Below the pieces are notes generated by a model that saw only the letters and a program-made list of their open reading frames with translations, made no database searches and was not told the DNA's origin. The translations under genes and the position numbers were made by a program. From a phage, in the sequence record PZ452584.1: 64,000 bases of DNA; one strand, given 5' to 3'. How positions within the stretch are numbered: position 1 is the stretch's first letter; every line of letters begins with the position of its first letter. Positions 45,452-55,900 of this stretch are shown piece after piece.

Positions 45452-45768
45452 AAGTCCTCAACTTGAAAATCGTCTTTAAACAATCGGTTAACTATATGAG
45501 CTATTATATCACCATGACACGGCTTTGGTTTACATGTGCATCCTAGCCTCATTCCACGTAAAGGCTCTAAATGTGCTTTAGTTATTTCTCCGGATTTAAT
45601 TCGACGTATAAAATCTTTTTTGAATAATTCAATGGCAGCCTCCCGGCTGCCAGCATCTTTACCGACGTAATTTCCCCAAAATGTACCACGGTGAATATTA
45701 ACATCAAAGTCGGATTTATATTTATTCACTACCTGGCATAGACGGCCCGCGCGGCGATAATTCGTCAT
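45442..45768 (-). CDS. Hypothetical Cys/His-motif protein
   Basis: 108 aa; [13 protein letters not shown] cluster. Confidence 0.6.
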   Translation of the reverse strand: MTNYRRAGRLCQVVNKYKSDFDVNIHRGTFWGNYVGKDAGSREAAIELFKKDFIRRIKSGEITKAHLEPLRGMRLGCTCKPKPCHGDIIAHIVNRLFKDDFQVEDLCN

Positions 45769-45997
45769 ATTGTTTTTCCGTTAAAACAGTAATATCATAG
45801 TAACAATCTGAAGAAGTTTTAACTGTAGAAATTTTATTATCAAAATACTCACGAGTCATTTTATGAGTATAATATTTTTTGCCATAAATGATAATAGGCT
45901 GATTTGGTCCTGGAACTTCTAACTCGCTTGGATTAGGAAGTGTAAAAAGAACTACACCAGAAGTATCTTTAAATCGTAAAATCATATATCCTCGCAA
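45722..45997 (-). CDS. Hypothetical protein
   Basis: 91 aa; overlaps next ORF by 47 nt. Confidence 0.5.
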   Translation of the reverse strand: MRGYMILRFKDTSGVVLFTLPNPSELEVPGPNQPIIIYGKKYYTHKMTREYFDNKISTVKTSSDCYYDITVLTEKQYDELSPRGPSMPGSE

Positions 45998-46008
45998 TTA
46001 AATTAAAA

Positions 46009-46869
46009 TTATACCGCCATTTTTCCTTTCAAGACACCGTAGGACTGATAATCTTTGAGAACGAAATCTTTAGGCCTGAGTTTAAGAACATATTCCAATT
46101 GTTCTTTAGTAGAAAGATAACGGAATTTATAAGGCAATCCGCCTATTACCAGTTCACAAAGCTCTTTAGGTTCACGACGCAAAATTTCTTTGCATTGTTC
46201 TACATGATTCATATAGATATGAGTATTACCACCAGAAAATATCAAATCTCCTGGAGTAAGATTACACATCTTAGCTATAATATGAACTAACGCAGCATAT
46301 GATGCAATATTAAATGGAAGGCCGAGAAAAACATCTACTGATCGTTGATACCACTGCAAATCCAAATAGCCATTACGCACATTAAACTGATAGAACATAT
46401 GACAAGGCGGTAATGCCATCTGCTTGATTTCAGCTGGATTCCATGCTGAAACGATTTGACGTCGATCAGTTGGTAATTTTTTAATACGATCAATAACTTC
46501 TACAATTTGGTCTACACCGCCAAAATCACGCCACTGTTTTCCATAAATTGGACCAAGTTCACCGCTATGGTATCCTAAATCTTTTGCTTGATTTTCGTAA
46601 TTTTCATCCCAGACTGTTTTGCCTTGGATTAACGAATCATGCTGAATTAATCGTAAATCATTGACATTTGTGCTTCCTGATAAAAACCATATTAACTCAG
46701 CAATGCAAGCTTTCCAAGCGAGCTTTTTAGTTGTTACCGCAGGAAAACCTTTAGTTAAATCCCAACGCAATTTAGTACCGAACAAAGCAATTGTTCCTGT
46801 GCCTGTTCGGTCATCGGTTTCATAACCATTTTCAAAAATGTCTTTAATTAAATCTTGGTATTGTTTCAT
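46009..46869 (-). CDS. td: Thymidylate synthase, uninterrupted
   Basis: 286 aa continuous; active-site LPPCH present; no intron. Confidence 0.95.
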   Translation of the reverse strand: MKQYQDLIKDIFENGYETDDRTGTGTIALFGTKLRWDLTKGFPAVTTKKLAWKACIAELIWFLSGSTNVNDLRLIQHDSLIQGKTVWDENYENQAKDLGYHSGELGPIYGKQWRDFGGVDQIVEVIDRIKKLPTDRRQIVSAWNPAEIKQMALPPCHMFYQFNVRNGYLDLQWYQRSVDVFLGLPFNIASYAALVHIIAKMCNLTPGDLIFSGGNTHIYMNHVEQCKEILRREPKELCELVIGGLPYKFRYLSTKEQLEYVLKLRPKDFVLKDYQSYGVLKGKMAV

Positions 46870-46914
46870 TTAGTACCTTATATAAATTATAATACATTTT
46901 ATGAAGCTAAATAA

Positions 46915-47274
46915 TCAATACGGTTTAGCATCAAATTTTCTCTCAATTTCAGGTGTGAAATATAATTCTTTACCGCGTTTGGAAAAGCGACCAATAATAT
47001 GATAATTATTCTCATCAAACGTAATATTACCAATATCCATAGCTTTCAACCAAATATCGATATTTCTATCCAGCTTTATGTCAAAATTCCAATACGGAGA
47101 ACTATTACCAAAAATACTACAAGCGGATTCAGTGAAACAGCTACTATAAATCTTGTCTTTAGGAACTACTAATTGATAGACACCTTTAATAAACTGAGGA
47201 CCTTGCCATTTTGGCTGTTTCGCGTCTTTTTCTAATAGAATAGGATAATAATTAAAATTCATATTTTCCGCCAC
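46915..47274 (-). CDS. Hypothetical protein inserted between frd and td
   Basis: 119 aa ORF; not expected between frd and td in T4. Confidence 0.6.
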   Translation of the reverse strand: MAENMNFNYYPILLEKDAKQPKWQGPQFIKGVYQLVVPKDKIYSSCFTESACSIFGNSSPYWNFDIKLDRNIDIWLKAMDIGNITFDENNYHIIGRFSKRGKELYFTPEIERKFDAKPY

Positions 47275-47282
47275 GCGTTATT

Positions 47283-47867
<585 letters not shown>

Positions 47868-48110
47868 TCAAAACCCCCTTTCAATAAACCATTCAGTGGC
47901 TTTATTAGCATCAAAGAATAATTCTTCATATGTCTTTTCTTTGTTTTCAAAAACTGTCACACAAACACGTTGACATTCTCCACAGTATTCTTCTGACATA
48001 CTTAAAGCGTCAGAAAACATTTCTTTAAATTCATTTAAATCAGGATTATGCAATGCGTTAAAAATTGCATAATCAAATTCATCATTCATAAATTCAAATA
48101 CAAAAATCAT
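47868..48110 (-). CDS. Hypothetical protein
   Basis: 80 aa. Confidence 0.55.
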   Translation of the reverse strand: MIFVFEFMNDEFDYAIFNALHNPDLNEFKEMFSDALSMSEEYCGECQRVCVTVFENKEKTYEELFFDANKATEWFIERGF

Positions 48111-48120
48111 ATTGTTTTCC

Positions 48121-48363
48121 TTAAACAGACTTTTTCACAATTTTCCAATCAGCTTTAAACTGCTCGACGTCAGAGTGATGAATCCAGAAACCAGATGAGC
48201 TACCATCTTCATAAAGAGGACAACCATCGCACTCATCTTTCCAACCCATCGCGCATAAAGTTTCTTCAGCTTTTTCCAGAGCTTCTGGATTGTTACCCTG
48301 GATTGTAAAGTACCATTTGCCTTTAACTTCTGAATCTTTGATGCTCTCACGTTGTAATTTCAT
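48121..48363 (-). CDS. Hypothetical protein
   Basis: 80 aa; overlapping alternative-frame ORF 48135..48350 disregarded. Confidence 0.55.
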   Translation of the reverse strand: MKLQRESIKDSEVKGKWYFTIQGNNPEALEKAEETLCAMGWKDECDGCPLYEDGSSSGFWIHHSDVEQFKADWKIVKKSV

Positions 48364-48440
48364 TTTATTCTCCAGTGTTTTAGTTGTTAACTCAGTATGG
48401 GACCATTATGTCATAGCCCCATTTGGTTGTACACTACTTT

Positions 48441-48812
48441 TTACTGAATATTAAAAGTTGCTTTAATCAGTGCAATGACTTCTGCCGCATTTTTATGATT
48501 TACCTGCACATGAATGGTTTGGGTATCAATATCAGGAGCATCGCCATCAACTTCCAGGAAGTGACAGAATTCCCATTCAGCGAGTTCAAAGTACTCGTCA
48601 GCATTATCATAAACAGACTTCAGGATGGTGCCATCTTTCATTTCAACTTTTTCGACAAAATAATCACCGTCGATATAACACATGTCCAGGACTTTAAAGG
48701 AACTGCCATGTTGTTCCATAATCTTAATCATGCGCGAATTGTTATCAGGACTACCAGCGATGAATTGTTTTTTGGCAGCAGGGTCTAATACGTAAAATTT
48801 ACCAATTTCCAT
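48441..48812 (-). CDS. Hypothetical protein, paralogue of 48871..49251
   Basis: Start at ATG 48812 (GAGGA SD); early promoter at 48842-48871. Confidence 0.6.
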   Translation of the reverse strand: MEIGKFYVLDPAAKKQFIAGSPDNNSRMIKIMEQHGSSFKVLDMCYIDGDYFVEKVEMKDGTILKSVYDNADEYFELAEWEFCHFLEVDGDAPDIDTQTIHVQVNHKNAAEVIALIKATFNIQ

Positions 48813-48841
48813 TTTATTTTCCTCATGTAGTTGATAGGGTA

Positions 48842-48871
48842 ATAGTATCACACTACTACCCTACTGTAAAC
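48842..48871 (-). promoter_or_regulatory. Early promoter candidate (GTTTACA-17-TACTAT)
   Basis: Consensus-like elements 25 nt upstream of ORF start 48812. Confidence 0.55.
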
Positions 48872-49251
48872 TACTTTTTGAAAGTTTTTCGCAAAAGTTC
48901 AATGATTTCATCTACATTGTTTTCATCTACAATGCAGTGAATTTTTGTTACGCCAGAAACCTTGTCTTTGACTTCAACTTCTTCAGAAGTCGGTTCTTTA
49001 TACTCACGAAAACAATGAAATTCGTCTTCGCAAATTTCTAAAAGTCTATCTTTGAGGTAAAAATGCTTTCCATTTGCGCATTCAATGTGTTTTACTGCTT
49101 TATATCCATTAGCGACGGAAACTTCTTTAACTTCAAACCATCCGCCATTATCTCGAATCGCTTTAACTATTGATGAATTAGAACGTGGGCTATAATTAAT
49201 AAATGTATCAATAAGTCTTGGAACAAGCTCATACTTTTTACCGGTATACAT
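48871..49251 (-). CDS. Hypothetical protein, paralogue of 48441..48812
   Basis: 126 aa; shared pattern with neighbour. Confidence 0.6.
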   Translation of the reverse strand: MYTGKKYELVPRLIDTFINYSPRSNSSIVKAIRDNGGWFEVKEVSVANGYKAVKHIECANGKHFYLKDRLLEICEDEFHCFREYKEPTSEEVEVKDKVSGVTKIHCIVDENNVDEIIELLRKTFKK

Positions 49252-49296
49252 TACGTTTTCCTCATTTTAATAGGGGCTGTAATAGCCCCTCGATAA

Positions 49297-49527
49297 TTAT
49301 TGTTCAATCAGTCCCATGTAAAATTCTGCGTCTTCAGAATCCATGCCATCACAATATTCATTAGCCATAAAGCGGGTAAGGTCTTCAAGAGGACCTTCAA
49401 TGACAATAGAAAAATTGCAATAATTGGGATCATCATGAATACTTGTGATACTAAGTTCAGGATAACGATTACGAATAATTTCTTCGATATATTCAAAATC
49501 AACGATGTCAATATCAACTTTAGCCAT
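49297..49527 (-). CDS. Hypothetical acidic protein
   Basis: Start at MAKVDIDIV with GAGGA SD; early promoter 49571-49600. Confidence 0.55.
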   Translation of the reverse strand: MAKVDIDIVDFEYIEEIIRNRYPELSITSIHDDPNYCNFSIVIEGPLEDLTRFMANEYCDGMDSEDAEFYMGLIEQ

Positions 49528-49570
49528 ATTATTTTCCTCTTTAATCATCAGCAGTATTGCCGATAGTTGT

Positions 49571-49600
49571 ATAGTACCATGGAAGAACAGGGATGTAAAC
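49571..49600 (-). promoter_or_regulatory. Early promoter candidate (GTTTACA-17-TACTAT)
   Basis: Consensus-like elements upstream of ORF 49297..49527. Confidence 0.55.
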
Positions 49601-49633
49601 CGTTTTGTGAAAAAATTTTAAAATAAAAAAAGG

Positions 49634-49651
49634 GACCTCTAGGGTCCCCGA
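49634..49651 (-). terminator. Intrinsic terminator after gene 32
   Basis: GGGACC-CTAGA-GGTCCC followed by U-run on minus strand; coordinates approximate. Confidence 0.6.
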
Positions 49652-49671
49652 TTAATTAGTAATATAATCTA

Positions 49672-50580
49672 TTAAAGGTCATTCAAAAGGTCATCCAGGT
49701 CCGTGTCATCAGCACTAGATGAACTGCCAGAGCTTGAGCTCATAAAATCATCTTCAGTTTTTGTATTGAAGTCATCAACATTGAATGCATCCAAATCATC
49801 AGCAACTTTATCAGCTTTCTTAGCAGCAGTTGCAGCGGCACCGCCCATCACAGCAGTTCCCATAACTTGACCGAATTTAGTATTCAGTTCTTCAAACGAT
49901 TTGAATTTATCTTTAGAAGTCATTTCAGAAAGGTCAACCATTTGTTCGAACAGTTCTTTCTGGAAAGATTCATCGTCAATGTTTGGAATCGCAGATTGAT
50001 TCAGGAATTTAGATTCGTCGTAGTTACTAAATCCGGAAACTTGTTTAACTTTCAGTACAAAGTTAGCACCTTCCCACGGACAAGTTACATCAACCGGAGT
50101 TTCACCCATTTCAACATCAACTGCAATCATTGCGTTGATTTTATCCCAGATTTTCTTACCGAAACGGTATTTAAATACTTTACCTTCATTTTCTGGAGCA
50201 GCTGGGTCTTTTACTACAAGAATGTTAGCCCAGTAAGAAGTTTTACGTTTAACAAGACCGTACTCTTTATTGTCAGTGTTGTACAAATCATTTTTACTGA
50301 TGTACTGACATACTGGGCAAGAATCGTAATCACCATGGGTAGATGAACATGTTTCAATATACCATTTACCATTTTTCTTGAAACCGTGATTTACAAGAAT
50401 TGCGAATGGTGCTTGTTCATCATTTTTAGACGGAAGAAAACGAATTACTGCTTGACCGTTACCCGCATTATCGAGTTTCAGTTTCCACTCGCCTTTATCT
50501 TCAGAAGAAAAACCACCTTTATTTCCAGCCAGTTTAGCCATTTGTGCAGCGAGTTCAGCAGTAGATTTACGTTTAAACAT
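49672..50580 (-). CDS. 32: Single-stranded DNA-binding protein gp32
   Basis: 302 aa; acidic Ser-rich C-terminus; characteristic AU-rich leader. Confidence 0.97.
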   Translation of the reverse strand: MFKRKSTAELAAQMAKLAGNKGGFSSEDKGEWKLKLDNAGNGQAVIRFLPSKNDEQAPFAILVNHGFKKNGKWYIETCSSTHGDYDSCPVCQYISKNDLYNTDNKEYGLVKRKTSYWANILVVKDPAAPENEGKVFKYRFGKKIWDKINAMIAVDVEMGETPVDVTCPWEGANFVLKVKQVSGFSNYDESKFLNQSAIPNIDDESFQKELFEQMVDLSEMTSKDKFKSFEELNTKFGQVMGTAVMGGAAATAAKKADKVADDLDAFNVDDFNTKTEDDFMSSSSGSSSSADDTDLDDLLNDL

Positions 50581-50663
50581 TTTTATTTCCTTTTTAATTT
50601 AATTAACAGTTGGTGCTATGACGATGTATGACCTCATAGCTGGTCAGTGAGATAATTATAATC
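50581..50663 (-). promoter_or_regulatory. Gene 32 mRNA leader / autoregulatory translational operator
   Basis: AU-rich UUAAAUUAAAAAGGAAAUAAAAAUG immediately 5' of gene 32. Confidence 0.7.
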
Positions 50664-50671
50664 TATTTATA
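50664..50671 (-). promoter_or_regulatory. Late promoter TATAAATA upstream of gene 32
   Basis: Exact motif on minus strand. Confidence 0.55.
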
Positions 50672-50679
50672 ATAAGCAA

Positions 50680-51333
50680 TTAATACTTGCAAGATTTCAC
50701 AGTTTCAATGAAAACACTTTTAGCTTTCTGTGAATCAATATTTAAAATTTTTCTATAAGCTTTTAACTTTATAGAATAATTATTCCAAACTAAATTATCA
50801 GTCTGTTCATCATGTTTATCAATTATATTTAAAAACGAATCAAGTAAGATAAACGTCTCAAACGAAATTATATTCGATTGAAGCAGTTTAAAAATATAAC
50901 TTGACTGAACTTTTGGATTATATTCAAAGATTTCTTTAAAAGCAGAAACTTCAACTTTCTTACTAAAATAATAAATGTTGCGAATATCTTCTTCAAACTT
51001 AAATTTAATTTGCTTTAAGCGTCCGATATATTCACGATAAAACACAAGTGCATCAGCGTCAGAGATGTCACCAATCCAAGCATCTTGGTTAGCAACAAGA
51101 TTGCTTATAAAGATTAAAGCAAGTTCCTTTAATTTATATTTTTCTGATAACTTCTGGAAAAAATACTTATCCCTTCGCTTTTGATAAGCGGCATCAGACA
51201 CCCGCATGCACCAATTATACTTAATTACATCATACTTTCCATTCATATGCTGTTTTATCATTAAGTATAATTTATAAACTGATTTACCATCAATGTATCT
51301 TTCACCACCAGCAGGCATGCGGAGTTTAATCAT
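50680..51333 (-). CDS. 59: Helicase loader gp59
   Basis: 217 aa as in T4. Confidence 0.93.
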   Translation of the reverse strand: MIKLRMPAGGERYIDGKSVYKLYLMIKQHMNGKYDVIKYNWCMRVSDAAYQKRRDKYFFQKLSEKYKLKELALIFISNLVANQDAWIGDISDADALVFYREYIGRLKQIKFKFEEDIRNIYYFSKKVEVSAFKEIFEYNPKVQSSYIFKLLQSNIISFETFILLDSFLNIIDKHDEQTDNLVWNNYSIKLKAYRKILNIDSQKAKSVFIETVKSCKY

Positions 51334-51668
51334 AGCAGAAAATCTAATGTATTAGTTTTTTCACAACGAACAACAGAAGGACGTAAAAGATTTTCGTCAA
51401 TAGCTTCTGACTGAATTTTTTCAATTATACCCGAAGGAATAAATTTAGCAAATTGAGTTTCAGGAATAGAGTTTTCTTCCAAGAATGCTGTTGTAGCTTC
51501 AAGATAACTCATTCCAAACTCTTCTACCATTTTTTCAATAATAAATCCATTTTCTTGACGATCAAGAAGCTTTGCTATTTCATCCTTTTCTTTCTTAATT
51601 GAAAGTTCTTTTTCTGAAAGACCGGTCTCATCGACCGGACGAATATCATTTAGAGAAAACTGTGTCAT
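51330..51668 (-). CDS. 33: Late transcription co-activator gp33
   Basis: 112 aa from MTQFSLND. Confidence 0.9.
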   Translation of the reverse strand: MTQFSLNDIRPVDETGLSEKELSIKKEKDEIAKLLDRQENGFIIEKMVEEFGMSYLEATTAFLEENSIPETQFAKFIPSGIIEKIQSEAIDENLLRPSVVRCEKTNTLDFLL

Positions 51669-51915
51669 AAAGTTCAACTACCTCTTCAGTTTCAGCTTCA
51701 AACACATCACGATTATCTTTATGATACAAAGCTAATAGACGATTAAACATCTTACCATCAACGCCAAGTTCATCTTTAGCACGAATTCGAATATCTTTAA
51801 TCAGTTCATTATAACCGGAAATTTTCAGTTTATGATCAGATGCTTCTTTAATAAATTTAGCCAAGTCTTCGCCATGGATAGCTTCATCAAATTCAACCAT
51901 TTCTTTTTTAGCCAT
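51646..51915 (-). CDS. dsbA: DsbA double-stranded DNA-binding protein
   Basis: 89 aa; T4 order. Confidence 0.88.
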   Translation of the reverse strand: MAKKEMVEFDEAIHGEDLAKFIKEASDHKLKISGYNELIKDIRIRAKDELGVDGKMFNRLLALYHKDNRDVFEAETEEVVELYDTVFSK

Positions 51916-51923
51916 TATTCACC

Positions 51924-52841
51924 TCAAAATTCATTAATGCTATTAGTTAATTTAGAAAGACCCGCTTTTACAAAATATGAATAAATTTTGCCACGCGGTG
52001 GTAATTTATATGAATTATAGTAATTCACAATGTTTGAAGCAATATTATCAGGAATATAATCAAAATCAATTAGAACTAAATTTTCTTTATAACGATTATA
52101 TTCAGATTCTGTGAGAAGCACCTTAGCTTGCTCACGGTCATTAGCAATAGCTTCAACGATTGAAGTTTTCATTGAAGGAGTTCGTTCACCTTCAACTCTG
52201 GTAAACCAAAAGTCAGATCGTACTTTAACTGAAGCAACGTTATCCTTTTTGTCGCCTTTAAGGATTTTAGTCATACAGTCAATTTCAGCAGAACCGCTTT
52301 TAATTTTAACCCATTTCTTGTGCATCGGTGACCATTGCTTAACATTTGGGTATTTGTGAAGCTGTGTAAAGTCACCATCCGATGAAATGATTAAAATCTT
52401 ATGTCCTTCTAAAGAGAACTTTTTAACAAGAACAGCAATGTGGTCATCTGCTTCATACTTATCAATATCCATAACAATGTATGGCATATAAGCTTTCAAT
52501 TCATCTATAACTTTATGACTGGATTCAAAATAACCTTCCCAGTCCCAAGTAGATTCTTCTCGTGCTTTTCCACGGTTTTTCTTATAATAATACGCGAAAT
52601 CACGACGCCAGTATCCAGATTTCGCATTATCAATACACAGTACAATTTTAGTGTATCCAAGCGTTTTTGCTTTTTTGACATTAAACTTAATTGAGTTCAA
52701 TATCAAATGACGAACCATTGATAAATTAATTTTTTCTTTATCTGGGAAGTTTACTAAAGCAGTTGAAAGCGCAATTTGACTAAAGTCAATAAAGCAAATT
52801 CCTTCTTTGTAATCTTCATCCAGCATCATTTCTAAATCCAT
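51924..52841 (-). CDS. rnh: RNase H (5'-3' exonuclease / flap endonuclease)
   Basis: 305 aa from MDLEMML; track start 52856 is a possible alternative. Confidence 0.92.
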   Translation of the reverse strand: MDLEMMLDEDYKEGICFIDFSQIALSTALVNFPDKEKINLSMVRHLILNSIKFNVKKAKTLGYTKIVLCIDNAKSGYWRRDFAYYYKKNRGKAREESTWDWEGYFESSHKVIDELKAYMPYIVMDIDKYEADDHIAVLVKKFSLEGHKILIISSDGDFTQLHKYPNVKQWSPMHKKWVKIKSGSAEIDCMTKILKGDKKDNVASVKVRSDFWFTRVEGERTPSMKTSIVEAIANDREQAKVLLTESEYNRYKENLVLIDFDYIPDNIASNIVNYYNSYKLPPRGKIYSYFVKAGLSKLTNSINEF

Positions 52842-52870
52842 ATGAACCTCGTTCAATTAGTGAGATTTCT

Positions 52871-52900
52871 ATTATATACCATCCAAATCTTAAAGTAAAC
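52871..52900 (-). promoter_or_regulatory. Early promoter for rnh (GTTTACT-17-TATAAT)
   Basis: Perfect -10, GTTTAC-type -35. Confidence 0.6.
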
Positions 52901-52903
52901 AAG

Positions 52904-52911
52904 TATAAATA
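52904..52911 (+). promoter_or_regulatory. Late promoter TATAAATA for gene 34
   Basis: Exact motif 35 nt before ATG. Confidence 0.75.
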
Positions 52912-52945
52912 CTTATTATTGAAAACACAATAGGAGCCCGGGAGA

Positions 52946-55900
52946 ATGGCCGAGATTAAAAGAAAGTTCAGAGCAGAAGACGGTCTGGACGCAGGTGGTG
53001 ATAAAATAATCAACGTAGCTTTAGCTGATCGTGCCGTAGGAACTGACGGTGTTAACGTTGATTACTTAATTCAAGAAAACACAGTTCAACAATACGATCC
53101 AACTCGTGGATATTTAAAAGATTTTGTAATCATTTATGATAACCGCTTTTGGGCTGCTATAAATGATATTCCGAAACCAGCAGGAGCTTTTAATAGCGTA
53201 CGCTGGAGAGCATTACGTACTGATGCAAACTGGACAACTGTTTCATCAGGACCTTATCAATTAAAGTCAGGCGAATCAATTTCAGTTGATACTGCAGCCG
53301 GTAATGACATTACATTTACTTTACCATCTACCCCAATTGACGGTGATACTATCGTTCTCCAAGATATTGGAGGAAAACCTGGAGTTAATCAAGTTTTAAT
53401 TACAGCTCCGGTACAAAGCATTGTAAATTTTAGAGGTCAGCAAGTACGTTCAGTACTAATGACTCATCCAAAATCACAGATAGTTTTAATTTTTAGTAAT
53501 CGTCTGTGGCAAATGTATGTCGCTGATTATAGTAGAGAAGCTGTAGTTGTAACGCCTGCGAGTCTCTATCAGGCTCAATCAAACGATTTTATCGTACGTA
53601 GATTTACTTCTGCTGCACCAATTAATGTTAAACTTCCAAGATTTGCTAATCATGGCGATATTATTAATTTCGTTGATTTAGATAAATTAAATCCTCTTTA
53701 TCACACAATTGTTACTACATATGATGAAACAACTTCAGTACAAGAAGTTGGAACTCATTCCATTGAAGGTCGTACATCGATTGACGGTTTCTTGATGTTT
53801 GATGATAATGAGAAATTGTGGAGATTGTTTGACGGGGATAGTAAAGCGCGTTTACGCATTATAACGACTAATTCTAATATTCGTCCAAATGAAGAAGTTA
53901 TGGTATTTGGTGCGAATAACGGAACAGCTCAGACAATTGAACTTCAGCTTCCGACTGATATTTCTGTTGGTGATACTGTCAAAATTTCCATGAATTACAT
54001 GAGAAAAGGACAAACGGTTAAAATCAAAGCTGCAGGTGAAGATAAAATTGCTTCTTCAGTTCAATTGCTGCAATTCCCAAAACGCTCAGAATATCCACCT
54101 GAAGCTGAGTGGGTTACAGTTCAAGAATTAGTTTTTAACGGTGAAACTAATTATGTTCCAGTTTTGGAGCTTGCTTATATTGAAGATTCTGATGGAAAAT
54201 ATTGGGTTGTACAGCAAAACGTTCCAACTGTAGAAAGAGTAGATTCTTTAAATGATTCTACTAGAGCAAGATTAGGGGTAATTGCTTTAGCTACGCAAGC
54301 TCAAGCTAATGCTGATTTAGAAAATTCTCCACAAAAAGAATTGGCAATTACTCCAGAAACGTTAGCTAATCGTACTGCTACAGAAACTCGTAGAGGTATT
54401 GCAAGAATAGCAACTACTGCTCAAGTTAACCAGGATACTACATTCTCTTTTGCTGATGACCTTATCATTACTCCTAAAAAGCTGAATGAAAGAACGGCTA
54501 CTGAAACTCGTAGAGGTATTGCTGAAATTGCTACACAGCAAGAAACTAATACAGGAACCGATGATACTACAATCATTACTCCTAAAAAGCTTCAAGCTCG
54601 TCAAGGTTCTGAATCATTATCTGGTATTGTAACCTTTGTATCTACTGCAGGTGCTACTCCAGCTTCTAGCCGTGAATTAAATGGTACGAATGTTTATAAT
54701 AAAAACACTAATAATTTAGTTGTTTCGCCTAAAGCTTTGGATCAGTATAAAGCTACTCCAACGCAGCAAGGTGCAGTAATTTTAGCAGTTGAAAGTGAAG
54801 TAATTGCTGGACAAAGTCAGGAAGGATGGGCAAATGCTGTTGTAACGCCAGAAACGTTACATAAAAAGACATCAACTGATGCAAGAATTGGTTTAATTGA
54901 AATTGCTACACAAAGTGAAGTTAATACAGGAACTGACTATACACGTGCAGTCACTCCTAAAACTTTAAATGACCGTAGAGCAACTGAAAGTTTAAGTGGT
55001 ATAGCTGAAATTGCTACGCAAGTTGAATTCGACGCAGGCGTCGACGATACTCGTATCTCTACACCATTAAAAATTAAAACCAGATTTAATAGTACTGATC
55101 GTACTTCTGTTGTTGCTCTATCTGGATTAGTTGAATCAGGAACTCTCTGGGACCATTATACACTTAATATTCTTGAAGCAAATGAGACACAGCGTGGTAC
55201 ACTTCGTGTAGCTACACAGGTCGAAGCTGCTGCAGGAACACTAGATAATGTTTTAATAACTCCTAAAAAGCTTTTAGGTACTAAATCTACCGAATCGCAA
55301 GAAGGTGTTATTAAAGTTGCAACTCAGTCTGAAGCTGTGGCTGGAACGTCAGCAAATACTGCTATATCTCCAAAAAATTTAAAATGGATTGTGCAGAGTG
55401 AACCTACCTGGGCAGCTACTACTGCGATAAGAGGTTTTGTTAAAACTTCATCTGGTTCAATTACATTCGTTGGTAATGATACAGTCGGTTCTACTCAAGA
55501 TTTAGAACTGTATGAGAAAAATAGCTATGCAGTATCACCATATGAATTAAACCGTGTATTAGCAAATTATCTGCCGTTAAAAGCAAAAGCTGTAGATAGT
55601 AATTTATTGGATGGTCTAGATTCATCTCAGTTCATTCGTAGGGATATTGCACAGACGGTTAATGGTTCACTAACCTTAACCCAACAAACGAATCTGAGTG
55701 CCCCTCTTGTATCATCTAGTACTGGTGAATTTGGTGGTTCATTGGCCGCTAATAGAACATTTACCATCCGTAATACAGGAGCCCCGACCAGTATCGTTTT
55801 CGAAAAAGGTCCTGCATCTGGGGCAAATCCTGCACAGTCAATGAGTATTCGTGTATGGGGTAACCAATTTGGCGACGGTAGTGATACAACACGTTCTACT

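Noticed and set aside
46870-46914. Possible MotA middle promoter upstream of td
   Set aside because: Box is TAGCTTCA with a mismatch and only a 10-nt spacer to TATAAT; too uncertain to annotate.
49867-50631. Plus-strand ORFs of 159 and 81 aa opposite gene 32
   Set aside because: Antisense to gp32 and its leader; no expression signals.
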